From positions 64,001 to 128,000 of the IMG/VR virus record IMGVR_UViG_3300028886_000003: 64,000 nt of DNA. One strand, 5' to 3'. The notes under the pieces are model-generated. The model did no database searches, was not told where the DNA came from, and saw nothing but the letters and a program-made list of their open reading frames with translations. This DNA comes from a virus (taxonomy: Duplodnaviria > Caudoviricetes). Positions 1-9,519 of this stretch are shown piece by piece. Each line of letters begins with the position of its first letter. Position 1 is the stretch's first letter. A program made the translations under genes and the position numbers.

Positions 1-563
1 TTAGCTGGTTTTGCTACTGACCCCATAACTCCTGTTCCATCTATTCTTAATCCATTCTTTGCGAAAAAACGAAGATCGTAATTCATGCAATTTGGTCTTG
101 TATGAAAGAATTCTAAATCATGATGATGTACAAAACCATCTATATGAGCCTTTGCACATTCTTCAGGCATATCATGTAAAGCATATTGTTTTGCTATAGC
201 ATCATATGCATATTTAGTGATCATCTCTGGTGAGTAACCAATATTAGCATTATCATTACATCCATTCTCCATTAATTCCTCAAATTCATGTACTGTCATA
301 CCAAGTACTTGGTTTTTTTCTAAAGCTTCAAATTGTCTTTCTTGGAGTAAATGTGCAGATACTTCGGCTCTAATTTGAGCTGTACTAATTTCTTCCAATC
401 CATCTTTTTTTAATTTATATATTTTTTGTGTAATTCTATTCTGAATTTTTTTTGCTAATTCTTCATCTACACCTGTTTCATTAATTATTGTTTCAGCAAT
501 CATTCTTGGGCGAAACAATTCTTTTTCCATATTTGAATGTAAAACATAAAATTTCTCTGACAT
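1..563 (-). CDS. nrdD: Anaerobic (class III) ribonucleoside-triphosphate reductase, N-terminal part with ATP-cone; runs off window
   Basis: Own translation from ATG 563: MSEKFYV...ISTAQIRAEV (ATP cone)...DNANIGYSPE...AHIDGFVHHHDLEFFHTRPNC...GLRIDGTG..GSVAKPA, typical of archaeal NrdD. Confidence 0.9.
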   Translation of the reverse strand, partial: MSEKFYVLHSNMEKELFRPRMIAETIINETGVDEELAKKIQNRITQKIYKLKKDGLEEISTAQIRAEVSAHLLQERQFEALEKNQVLGMTVHEFEELMENGCNDNANIGYSPEMITKYAYDAIAKQYALHDMPEECAKAHIDGFVHHHDLEFFHTRPNCMNYDLRFFAKNGLRIDGTGVMGSVAKPA

Positions 564-616
564 TTTATCACTTTATTTTTTTTTACTTACTATTTATAGT
601 ATATTATCTATTATAT

Positions 617-1285
617 TTATACTTTCATATTTAAAATTTGTATATTTACATACATATCATTTATCCTATTAATATTTTTTTCGGAAATTTTTGAAAATTT
701 TTGCTCCTTTAACCATTGTTTAAAAGCATTAATAGAATTACAAGCCTTTATGCAATCACTCTCGGTTTCTATATCTTTTACATATAAAAAATTATCCATA
801 TTTCCATCTCCCCAAGTTAATAAGTTTAAATTGAGTTCTAATGTTAAGTTCATTAATATAGAAACATGTTCTACCCCAGTACCATTATCAAGGTATTCAT
901 CACATGCTTGTATATACTTTAGTTTAGCTATATTAAATGGTATATTTTCTAAGATAAATTCACATAAATTAATATAATGAGGGTCAGGTGTAATAATCTT
1001 ATCATCAGGATACAATATATCTAAAAATTTTAATGCTCCTGTGAAGTAAATGTGATGTAAGACAGTACCTAACTCAAAGAATTGAATATTTACATCATCA
1101 ATAGTAGTTTGAAAATGTTTTTTAGGTAAGGTTAAAAATGACAAATTATCTTTTACATCATTAATATAAACACCAAACAAAATATTATCGACAACATTTA
1201 AAGATAAGACTTTAATATCTTGTGAATCCTCAAGTGTATCTTTAATTGTTTGTATAACATCATTCCTCATTGTAATCTCCATCAT
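617..1285 (-). CDS. Hypothetical protein, possibly a degenerate nucleotidyltransferase-like fold
   Basis: 222-aa ORF; GVYIND...DVNIQFFELG weakly recalls phage predicted nucleotidyltransferases; no intact GS..D.D motif. Confidence 0.4.
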   Translation of the reverse strand: MMEITMRNDVIQTIKDTLEDSQDIKVLSLNVVDNILFGVYINDVKDNLSFLTLPKKHFQTTIDDVNIQFFELGTVLHHIYFTGALKFLDILYPDDKIITPDPHYINLCEFILENIPFNIAKLKYIQACDEYLDNGTGVEHVSILMNLTLELNLNLLTWGDGNMDNFLYVKDIETESDCIKACNSINAFKQWLKEQKFSKISEKNINRINDMYVNIQILNMKV

Positions 1286-1778
1286 ATTGAGTTGTTACAT
1301 CTGCAACAGCCATATCAATAAGTTGTGCGAATCTACTTCCTTTTTCAATTAAAAAAGGCTCTGATGAATGATTAAGAACTAAAAAACTTAAATGACCATT
1401 AAACCCTGGATCACCAAAAGCTGTACGAACATCAATGGCTGCTCTTAACAATGATGAACGTGGCAAATAAAATTGTCCAGCATCATCTTGAATTTTAATT
1501 TTTTCATTAGTAGTAAAAATATATGACTCATTAGGCTTAAGAGTATAAACCTCTTTAATTGATTTACCTAACAATACAGAATCAGATTCTAACTGCTCTT
1601 GCTTTGGTAAAACTTTTGCATCTTTAAACAAACCATATTTTTTACTTGATTCATATTTTAAAACTGATACACTACCAACTGTTAAGTCAATACCTGCTGG
1701 TTGATATTGTTCCTCAAGTAAATCAGGATATAATTTTCTTAATTTAAAATCTCCATTAATCATCTGCATCACCTTCAT
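1260..1778 (-). CDS. dCTP deaminase / trimeric dUTPase family protein
   Basis: QPAGIDLT, PRSSLLR, DPGFNGHL, RFAQL, YDGDY motifs. Confidence 0.85.
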   Translation of the reverse strand: MKVMQMINGDFKLRKLYPDLLEEQYQPAGIDLTVGSVSVLKYESSKKYGLFKDAKVLPKQEQLESDSVLLGKSIKEVYTLKPNESYIFTTNEKIKIQDDAGQFYLPRSSLLRAAIDVRTAFGDPGFNGHLSFLVLNHSSEPFLIEKGSRFAQLIDMAVADVTTQYDGDYNEE

Positions 1779-1968
1779 CTAATAAAATAATATCATCTAT
1801 ACTATCTATACCTTTTTCTTCACTTATTACATCATCTTCTTTGCCATCGTGAATTTTTTGAACAGCTTCATCAAAATCATTAGCTGTAACCACTACTGTT
1901 TGTACTAATTCACAATTATATACTACATCACATACATATTCTTTCATTTTACTCACACTCTCTATCAT
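1756..1968 (-). CDS. Hypothetical acidic protein
   Basis: ORF coupled to its neighbours in the operon. Confidence 0.5.
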   Translation of the reverse strand: MIESVSKMKEYVCDVVYNCELVQTVVVTANDFDEAVQKIHDGKEDDVISEEKGIDSIDDIILLDEGDADD

Positions 1969-2491
1969 TTTTTACCATATCAAGTATCTCTCTTGCATGT
2001 ACTCGATAAGGATATTGTATTGTATTATCTAAATGTTCAAAATCTTTCCATTCTTTTTTCCACTTATCAATACAATTTTGAATATTTTTAATAATTTTTT
2101 GATCTTCTTTATCTACAAAAGCAGCACTTTTATTAATAATCTTCATTAATTGCAACATCATTTCCGCAGACTTACTACTATCTGCAACCCATTTTTTATG
2201 CTCAATTTCTGCTATATCATCAATCATATGGTTAAATGTATATTCTGATAAAATTTTACAAAGTTCAGAATATGATAATACTTCACCTTTTATTATAATA
2301 TCATCATATGAATTAAAAATATCTAAAAATTCATAATGAACAATATAATGACTGCCATAACGATGTTGAAATTTTTTTACATCTTTTTGCATTACTATGC
2401 CAATAGTTTCATTTGTTATATGATTATACAGTATAGAATAATTTTCAATTAAATCATGAACAGAAATACCCAGCAAATCTTGCTTAATCAT
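1949..2491 (-). CDS. Hypothetical protein (weak RyR-domain-like C-terminus)
   Basis: AEIEHKKW...WKDFEHL...YR pattern. Confidence 0.45.
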   Translation of the reverse strand: MIKQDLLGISVHDLIENYSILYNHITNETIGIVMQKDVKKFQHRYGSHYIVHYEFLDIFNSYDDIIIKGEVLSYSELCKILSEYTFNHMIDDIAEIEHKKWVADSSKSAEMMLQLMKIINKSAAFVDKEDQKIIKNIQNCIDKWKKEWKDFEHLDNTIQYPYRVHAREILDMVKNDRECE

Positions 2492-3155
2492 TTTCTTTTA
2501 CCTCAAATTCTGCTATTAACATAAAGTTTCTATATACAACAGTAGCAAATTTTATTGTTACTTTTTTTACAGCCATTAATTCAATTCTTTTTCGTGAATA
2601 AGATGGGTGTAATTGCTTGTAATCATAAAATTTTTGATGATAATATTTTTTATATTCATCATCTTGTCGCATCATTTTTCTTGCACATCTAGTTAGTGCT
2701 ATTTTTAAATTTTCACAGTAATCAATAGGATCTTGTTTTTTATTTGCTAATACTTTACCTTTGATTTTATTATCCATTTTACAAAATTGATTATTTGTTT
2801 TTACAACAGGAGCTAATCCTGCATATGAAAGAAAATGTTTTAAATTTTTAAAACGTAATATATTATCTATCTCAGTTATTAGCTCAGCTGCATCATAAAT
2901 ATTAATAGCTTCAATATTAGCTAAAAAATCCATATACTCTCTTGAAAATCGAAGCATATTATATATTTCATTACGTAACTCATCTAAAGCACTATCCATA
3001 CTTCTAATACTTATTTTTTCTAATCTATCAATACGATTGTCTTGTACTTCTTCATCCATACCATTGATACGATGCATATTACTTTTTTGAGCATCAAATA
3101 ATGTTTTATTTGTATTAGATAAAATTGATAATACTTTTCTTTCATCAGCATCCAT
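2484..3155 (-). CDS. IS110-family C-terminal (Tnp/Nop-like) domain protein lacking the RuvC DEDD domain
   Basis: AAELITEIDNILRFKNLKHFLSYAGLAP...LKIALTRCA...YY...AVKKV; only 223 aa; no catalytic SG after AGLAP. Confidence 0.75.
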   Translation of the reverse strand: MDADERKVLSILSNTNKTLFDAQKSNMHRINGMDEEVQDNRIDRLEKISIRSMDSALDELRNEIYNMLRFSREYMDFLANIEAINIYDAAELITEIDNILRFKNLKHFLSYAGLAPVVKTNNQFCKMDNKIKGKVLANKKQDPIDYCENLKIALTRCARKMMRQDDEYKKYYHQKFYDYKQLHPSYSRKRIELMAVKKVTIKFATVVYRNFMLIAEFEVKEND

Positions 3156-3156
3156 T

Positions 3157-3786
3157 TTATCTCATCCTTTGAATTATTTTAATTTGTTTTTTTGATATTC
3201 CTTTAATATTTTTTAGTTCATCATCTGTTGCATTGAAAACTCCACCAGGAGTACCAAAAATATCTAAAAGTTTTTCTGCTGTTACAACACCTATGTGTGG
3301 TAGATTAATTAAAACTGCAACCATATCATCTGTATGTTTTTTTACAACAATAGGCTTAGGTAAAGGATCAAATTCTTTTGATATATGTTTGATAATATCC
3401 ATAACACAGTAAACAAATTTAATTTCATTATCACAAAAAAAAACAGGTACATGCCATCTAAAGGCACACTCAGCCATTATATCATAATTACGTCCTGGTG
3501 TTGGTAACCTCGTATATCTTGTATTTAATTTATCATCATCATATACAATTATAGCCCTTAAAGGACAATCTTGCATTTGATATGCTTCTTTTCGTAATTG
3601 ATTGTTATTACAAGAGGCTATCCAATCTTGTAAAGTTTTAACTTCAATAGCAATCTTTTTATCTCCATCAATAGCAACAATATCTCCAATATCTAAATTT
3701 TTTACCTCCGCATCAGAAAAAAATGTATAACCTTTGAACATATTAATGCGTTCTTTATCTTCTCTTGAGTCAATATAAATCTTCAT
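3157..3786 (-). CDS. ERCC4/XPF (Hef-like) structure-specific nuclease with C-terminal HhH motifs
   Basis: IYIDSRE, LDIGDI, IEVKT..DW..S, LPHIGVVTAEKLL, IKGIS. Confidence 0.85.
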   Translation of the reverse strand: MKIYIDSREDKERINMFKGYTFFSDAEVKNLDIGDIVAIDGDKKIAIEVKTLQDWIASCNNNQLRKEAYQMQDCPLRAIIVYDDDKLNTRYTRLPTPGRNYDIMAECAFRWHVPVFFCDNEIKFVYCVMDIIKHISKEFDPLPKPIVVKKHTDDMVAVLINLPHIGVVTAEKLLDIFGTPGGVFNATDDELKNIKGISKKQIKIIQRMR

Positions 3787-3790
3787 AATA

Positions 3791-4789
3791 TCATATATCC
3801 CATTTATCTATTATATATTTTACTACTGTTGTAGTAACAGCATTACCTAAACATTTGTACCTTTGTGTATTACTGATCGGTTCATCATCTACACCATATT
3901 CAGTCCAATTGTCAGGAAAAGCCTGTAAACGCTCGCACTCCACTGGAGTTATAGCACGATAAGTATAATCTACATATATATGGCTTTGGAAATCATTAGC
4001 TTCTTTTATTCTAACTTTAGCAGGGTAATCATGTTGACAAGTAAGAGTAGGAGAAAGTCCTTCTTCATCATATACATTTCCACCTTGTCCTTTTCCACTA
4101 AGAGAGTGATTACCTATCTTTTTTATTTTTGCATCTTTAATAAAAGTACGCCCACCACTATTGCCTCCTGATGCAGCTAAGGTTTGATTAACACCATCTG
4201 ATTCTATTAATCTATATCCTTGAGGGCCATTTTTTATATAATTAACTTTGATATCTTTTCTTGTACCATCAGTTAAGCTAATATCATTAGGGTATGAATT
4301 TAATGAACCTCTTATATAAATTCTTTCACGATTTTGAGGAACACCAAAGTCTTTACTATTTAGTACATCCCAACGAATATTATATCCTAAATTTATTAAA
4401 AACTGAGCAATAATAGAGAATGTCCTACCTTGATCATGTGATAATAAATTTCTTACATTTTCTAAAAGAAAATATTTAGGTTTTTTTGCTTTTAATATTC
4501 TTGCTATTTCAAAAAATAATGTTCCTCTTGTATCATCAAATCCTTTTCCTAATCCTGCCACAGAAAAAGCCTGACAAGGAAATCCACCTACTAATAGATC
4601 AAAATCCGGTAAATCTGATGTATTAATTTTAGTAACATCTCCTAAATCATTATGGTCAAAATGTCTTTGATATATATTTCTAGCGTATTTATCAATTTCT
4701 GCATAACCTATACAATCAAAATCTTTTGAACTATTATTTAATCCAATTTCAAAGCCACCAATACCTGAAAACAAACTTAAATACTTCAT
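3791..4789 (-). CDS. DNA (cytosine-5) methyltransferase
   Basis: LFSGIGG, GFPCQAFS, ENV, QNRERIY, ECERLQAFP, GNAV. Confidence 0.95.
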   Translation of the reverse strand: MKYLSLFSGIGGFEIGLNNSSKDFDCIGYAEIDKYARNIYQRHFDHNDLGDVTKINTSDLPDFDLLVGGFPCQAFSVAGLGKGFDDTRGTLFFEIARILKAKKPKYFLLENVRNLLSHDQGRTFSIIAQFLINLGYNIRWDVLNSKDFGVPQNRERIYIRGSLNSYPNDISLTDGTRKDIKVNYIKNGPQGYRLIESDGVNQTLAASGGNSGGRTFIKDAKIKKIGNHSLSGKGQGGNVYDEEGLSPTLTCQHDYPAKVRIKEANDFQSHIYVDYTYRAITPVECERLQAFPDNWTEYGVDDEPISNTQRYKCLGNAVTTTVVKYIIDKWDI

Positions 4790-4989
4790 TCTATTGCCTC
4801 ATTATCTAAATTAATTTTTTTAATTAACAGAGAAGCCATTCTATTAAAAATTTCTTTAATTTCATATTCCTCTTCCATAGTCAATTTTTCTTTTTTCTGT
4901 AAATCAAAATAAACATCACATTTTCCAACATCTACAAATTCAAAACCAAGTCCAATAACTTCACAACAATCTTTACACATTATAATCAC
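4786..4989 (-). CDS. Hypothetical protein
   Basis: Short ORF coupled to its neighbours. Confidence 0.45.
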   Translation of the reverse strand: MIIMCKDCCEVIGLGFEFVDVGKCDVYFDLQKKEKLTMEEEYEIKEIFNRMASLLIKKINLDNEAIE

Positions 4990-5934
4990 CTAATAGTAAA
5001 TATTATGTCCATCACATTCTTCATCAACACACCATCCATCTTCGTATAATGTTTTACAGCTCGCAAACATTTGTGTTTCATCATCAACTAAATGTTCTAA
5101 AGCTTTCTCATCATCAACACAATGATAGAATTTTTCATCACTTAAAAAACCACATAATAATGTTAAAATTTCATCTTTAGTATATCCCAATTCTCTTAAG
5201 CAAACAATAACATAAAACCTTCCATTATATCCTAAAGTAGGATCTGTCATCATTTTTCTAACACAAGGTGGAATATCATGAGAAATTTTAACATCTCTAA
5301 CAACATCTACGTTTTTACGATGATCAAAAGTTATCTCTTTATCAAATTCAGAAATATCTAATAATTTTTCACCACTTATATAATTATAATTAACACCAGG
5401 ATGAATAGCCAACTCATATATATCTTCATATTCCATATCCATTAACATTTCATAAGTAATTGAAATACAGTATCTATTACTTTTTAAATTAATAGTATTA
5501 ACTATCCTTGCTACTCTACTTATATCTCCAACAACAGCACTATCTGAAGAAGTATTAGTAATTTCATGTAAATTTTTTACATATCGTTTAATACTACCTT
5601 TAGGATCTTTTAGCCAATCTTCAGCTAATAAAATAAAAATATGAAAGCCACGCCCACTAAATCTAATGTAAAATTTAATATTATTATCATGTAAATATTT
5701 GGCAACTGTTCTTGTATTTTCAAAAAAGCCTTCATCTTGTACATCAAAATCTAAGAAAATTTTATCAACATATACTGTATCACGATCTCTTCTATCTTCG
5801 TAAGAATAAACAGATTGGTATAATTGTTTTACACCATTAAATATATCGACATAATAGTCTATTTGCTCTTGATTGAGCATTTTTAATCTTCTTGGGGGAA
5901 CAAATATTTCATTAATAATCATTTTTTTCACCAA
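4990..5934 (-). CDS. Archaeo-eukaryotic primase (PriS-like catalytic domain fused to PriL-like Cys-rich C-terminus)
   Basis: FLDFD, FSGRGFH, GDISRVARI..TIN; C-terminal PPC...C...C...C. Confidence 0.85.
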   Translation of the reverse strand: MVKKMIINEIFVPPRRLKMLNQEQIDYYVDIFNGVKQLYQSVYSYEDRRDRDTVYVDKIFLDFDVQDEGFFENTRTVAKYLHDNNIKFYIRFSGRGFHIFILLAEDWLKDPKGSIKRYVKNLHEITNTSSDSAVVGDISRVARIVNTINLKSNRYCISITYEMLMDMEYEDIYELAIHPGVNYNYISGEKLLDISEFDKEITFDHRKNVDVVRDVKISHDIPPCVRKMMTDPTLGYNGRFYVIVCLRELGYTKDEILTLLCGFLSDEKFYHCVDDEKALEHLVDDETQMFASCKTLYEDGWCVDEECDGHNIYY

Positions 5935-6352
5935 ATAATAATTCTATGTTATGTTTCATTTCTTTTTCTAATTGCATTTCAGCCAATCTAATTGCAAATT
6001 TACAACCAGGGTCCATCATTAATCCTTCTTCACCATTAATTTCATAATATGGAAATTCAGCACATACATCAAATCGACTTTCATATTCATCACAAGTTTT
6101 GCCATTGAAATATCGACATGGTTGATCTCTTTGCTTGCAACATGATCCACATTGGTCACAAAACTCAGAATGATCTTGTACAAGATTATAATCGAAATAA
6201 CTATCAGGTACTTCAAATAATACAGTACCAATAATATCTGCAATTACATCAGATGGTAATTCAGGGTATTCTCTATGGAATTTATCAAGGAAGATTTTAG
6301 CAAATTTTAATGAATTAATTGGCACTATTATCTTCCTCCGTCTTTTAGACAT
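5912..6352 (-). CDS. YkgJ-like CxxCxxCC Fe-S/Zn-cluster protein
   Basis: CDQCGSCC...C...C..YESR..C..FP. Confidence 0.75.
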   Translation of the reverse strand: MSKRRRKIIVPINSLKFAKIFLDKFHREYPELPSDVIADIIGTVLFEVPDSYFDYNLVQDHSEFCDQCGSCCKQRDQPCRYFNGKTCDEYESRFDVCAEFPYYEINGEEGLMMDPGCKFAIRLAEMQLEKEMKHNIELLFGEKNDY

Positions 6353-7059
6353 TGGTCTTCAAAACTACAATATTTACAAGCAAAGAATGGATCAACTTTT
6401 GGCGGAAAATAATCTGTATCAATTTGGTGTCTTACATAATTAATAAGTTCAAAGACAGCATCATAATCTTCTTCAGTTACATAACTACCCTTTTTTTGTT
6501 TTTCTGCAAAATTAAAACCACGATATTGTTTATCTTTTGTAAAGTATATACAAGCTGATGATACCTTATAACTAGGATATTTATAGTTTACCAATCTTCT
6601 ATATATACATAACTCTATACGATAATTAGATATTGGTCTTGATTTACCTGTTTTATAATCAATAATAAATAATTCATTAGTTTTTTTATCTCTAAGAATT
6701 AAATCAATTATTCCACGCAAATTTAATTCATCATCTTTTATGTCGCCTTCAGCACTAAAAATTTCATAATCATTGTCAGCAATATTATAAAAAAATTCTA
6801 ATAATGCTTGTGCATGTTCATCAGAATCAAAATCCTGATCATCATAAGGATAAAGTTTTAACATTTCTTTATCAACAATATCATGTGTTATTCTATCGTA
6901 CCTCATTAATTCTTTTGCGACATGTTCAGCATACTCATGCACATCTAATCCAACTTGTGCAAAAGAACTTATATCTTCTTCCATATGGTCTATATATTTG
7001 TACTTAAATTTACGTGGACATAATAAATATAAATTAAGTTTTGATTTAGATATTCTCAT
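6328..7059 (-). CDS. PD-(D/E)XK Cas4/RecB-like exonuclease
   Basis: SKSKL..Y..CPRK, G..VH, GIIDL, IIDYKTG, CKYCSF..QC. Confidence 0.88.
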   Translation of the reverse strand: MRISKSKLNLYLLCPRKFKYKYIDHMEEDISSFAQVGLDVHEYAEHVAKELMRYDRITHDIVDKEMLKLYPYDDQDFDSDEHAQALLEFFYNIADNDYEIFSAEGDIKDDELNLRGIIDLILRDKKTNELFIIDYKTGKSRPISNYRIELCIYRRLVNYKYPSYKVSSACIYFTKDKQYRGFNFAEKQKKGSYVTEEDYDAVFELINYVRHQIDTDYFPPKVDPFFACKYCSFEDQCLKDGGR

Positions 7060-7802
7060 AAAGACACCACCTCTGTACTATTTATAAAAAAATCATGATT
7101 AGATTTATATTTGATAAAATCACCTGATCTAGGTATAATACCATTCAATGTATGATTTAAAAATGTTAACATACATCCAAAATCTTTAGATTCTCCATCT
7201 TGCATACATAATGTCCCTCTAATCATATCCTTTCCACTCTTAGTACGAATTTGTGTACATTCACGAATTAAAGCAAAATTATAACCCTCATCTTTCTTTG
7301 TAGGTTGATATTCTCTTAAAGTATCAATAGCAGACCCATCCATATATGCAATTTCATTACTAAAAACATCTGAGTTTAAATCATTTAAAGCAACTAACAT
7401 ACTCATAAAGAATTTTTTATTCCAAACTTTACATTTAATAATAACTGGTTCACCAACATTCAAAAAAGATTGATAATGATTAGCTAAGTCGATACTTATA
7501 TGTATACTAACATTGTGTTTTTTATTTTGCAAATGCATAATTGTCTTATATCTTTGTTTATCAACATCTGCAACAATTCCTTTAATATAACATTCATCTG
7601 TATCATTATAATCAAATGTAGATAAATCAATACACATATCATCAAAAGGAGATGTAACTGTATCTATATAATCTTCATGTGGTGAAAAAGATAATACAGC
7701 AAACTCTTTATATAATACATCTTGCTTACTATATGTTTTATCTTCATTAAAAAAGAAATTAATTAATTCAGTCCGTTTTTCAATTGTTTTCTCCATTGTC
7801 AT
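7056..7802 (-). CDS. Probable C-terminal (OB-fold) portion of the split DnaE polymerase
   Basis: VLYKEFAVLSFSPH recalls the DnaE 'E..LG....HP' motif, followed by OB-like IKGIVADV; later IRTKSGKDM. Confidence 0.55.
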   Translation of the reverse strand: MTMEKTIEKRTELINFFFNEDKTYSKQDVLYKEFAVLSFSPHEDYIDTVTSPFDDMCIDLSTFDYNDTDECYIKGIVADVDKQRYKTIMHLQNKKHNVSIHISIDLANHYQSFLNVGEPVIIKCKVWNKKFFMSMLVALNDLNSDVFSNEIAYMDGSAIDTLREYQPTKKDEGYNFALIRECTQIRTKSGKDMIRGTLCMQDGESKDFGCMLTFLNHTLNGIIPRSGDFIKYKSNHDFFINSTEVVSL

Positions 7803-9237
7803 TTAATGACACCTCCTTGTCATAAAAGCTATTTAAAATATATTTAATTACATTTACTGTAAAAGCATTTCCCATACATTTATATCTTTGTGCATCAGAT
7901 ATTTCTTTACCATCAGCACCTATTTTTGTCCAATCATCAGGAAAAGCTTGTAAACGTTCAACTTCTACTGGAATTAACCTTCTAACTTTGAAATTATCAT
8001 CTATAGTGCCCCAATTACCTGAACATGTTAAAGCACCGATGCCTTTTGATTGTGTCCTACCCCTACCTGTAGCAGAACCAGGATGATCTAAACGTACACC
8101 ATCACCAGGATAAACTTCATCATATCCTTTTTTAGTAGCAGTTGCAATTTTTAATGACTTAGGAACTTTATATAATCCAGTTTTTGCTCCCCATCCACCA
8201 CCAAGTGCTGATTGAGTACAACTTACACCATTAGGATCTAAAATTCTTGTACCCTGTGATGATTCAGTATTAACTTTGTGCATTTCTATTTCTTGTATAA
8301 GAATATCACCACTTGCTGTAATTGTTGGAGAAATTCCTGTATCTTTATATGCTCTTTTACTTTGATCAAATACTCCTTCACGAATTTCGAATTCAGTTAA
8401 TGATTTATCAAATTCAGTTGTGTGAATATCTAATAATTCTTTTAATTTGTACCAAATTTCAGGTGTTGGAATTGCAAAACTATTATCTCTTCTGAAATAA
8501 TGTGCAGCCTGTGTAGATGGAACACCTAATTTTTCTGCAATTTGTTCGATGGTATAAGGAGATGATCTTTTCTTTTCATATATCTCCTGTTGCAAACCTT
8601 TAATATCAACTTGATGAACCCTTGCTTTAATTTTACGATTAATAATTTCACGTTGCATACGCACATCATGATCAACATCAGTTCCCATTATCAAATCTGC
8701 TGATGTAAGAGAAATATCAGGTAATTCACCATATTCTTTCAATACCCCTCTAATATATATTCTCTCACGATTCTGAGGGACACCAAAATCCTTACTGTTT
8801 AAAACATCCCAACGAACTTGGTAACCTAATTCTAATAAATTATTAATAATAACTCTAAAAGTATTACCTTTGTCGTGTGATATAAGATTTTTAACATTTT
8901 CTAATAGAAAATATCTTGGCTTTTTTTCTTTTAATATTCTAGCAATATCAAAAAATATAGTACCCCTTGTGTCATTAAAACCTTTTTGTTTACCTGCTAA
9001 AGAAAAGGCTTGACAAGGGAATCCTGCAATTAACATATCAAAATCTTCTAATTCTTTTGCATTAATTTGAGTTAAATCACCTAAATTTTTATGATCAGGA
9101 AAATGTAACTGATAAATATTATCAGCATATTTATCAATTTCTGAATAACCTATTAATTCATAATTAAATTCAGAATAATCTAATGCTAATTCTGCTCCAC
9201 CAACACCACTACAAAGTGATAATACTTTAAGCACCAT
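7780..9237 (-). CDS. DNA (cytosine-5) methyltransferase with multi-TRD variable region and inserted HTH
   Basis: LCSGVGG, GFPCQAFS, ENV, QNRERIY, ERLQAFP, GNA; TIEQIAEKLGVPSTQAAHYF HTH; repeated G.S.T modules. Confidence 0.93.
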   Translation of the reverse strand: MVLKVLSLCSGVGGAELALDYSEFNYELIGYSEIDKYADNIYQLHFPDHKNLGDLTQINAKELEDFDMLIAGFPCQAFSLAGKQKGFNDTRGTIFFDIARILKEKKPRYFLLENVKNLISHDKGNTFRVIINNLLELGYQVRWDVLNSKDFGVPQNRERIYIRGVLKEYGELPDISLTSADLIMGTDVDHDVRMQREIINRKIKARVHQVDIKGLQQEIYEKKRSSPYTIEQIAEKLGVPSTQAAHYFRRDNSFAIPTPEIWYKLKELLDIHTTEFDKSLTEFEIREGVFDQSKRAYKDTGISPTITASGDILIQEIEMHKVNTESSQGTRILDPNGVSCTQSALGGGWGAKTGLYKVPKSLKIATATKKGYDEVYPGDGVRLDHPGSATGRGRTQSKGIGALTCSGNWGTIDDNFKVRRLIPVEVERLQAFPDDWTKIGADGKEISDAQRYKCMGNAFTVNVIKYILNSFYDKEVSLNDNGENN

Positions 9238-9511
9238 TTTTATGCCTCATTAATTTTTCCACTTGTTCATCTGTTAAATAATATTTATCATCTACATCAT
9301 CTTCCATAATATCAGCAAGAATTGACACAGAATTAGATATTTTATTTTTCTTTCTTACAATAAAATAACCTTCTTTTGTACTATATCCTCTGACTGGACT
9401 AAAACCTAATGTTTTACGATTAACATATTCAATAGAAGTACATAAAAATTCATCTTCACAAACATATACTCCATCTTTTTTCTTTTTCCATTCTTTACCA
9501 TTATATTCCAT
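9227..9511 (-). CDS. Small protein ending in a motif normally internal to phage C5 methyltransferases
   Basis: LADIMEDDVDDKYYLTDEQVEKL. Confidence 0.55.
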   Translation of the reverse strand: MEYNGKEWKKKKDGVYVCEDEFLCTSIEYVNRKTLGFSPVRGYSTKEGYFIVRKKNKISNSVSILADIMEDDVDDKYYLTDEQVEKLMRHKNGA

Positions 9512-9519
9512 TTGACCAC

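Noticed and set aside
2484-3155. Active IS110 insertion sequence
   Set aside because: No RuvC DEDD domain, no catalytic serine and no flanking non-coding ends
6328-7059. CRISPR-Cas locus around the Cas4-like gene
   Set aside because: No other cas genes or array; solo Cas4-like nucleases are common in viral replication modules
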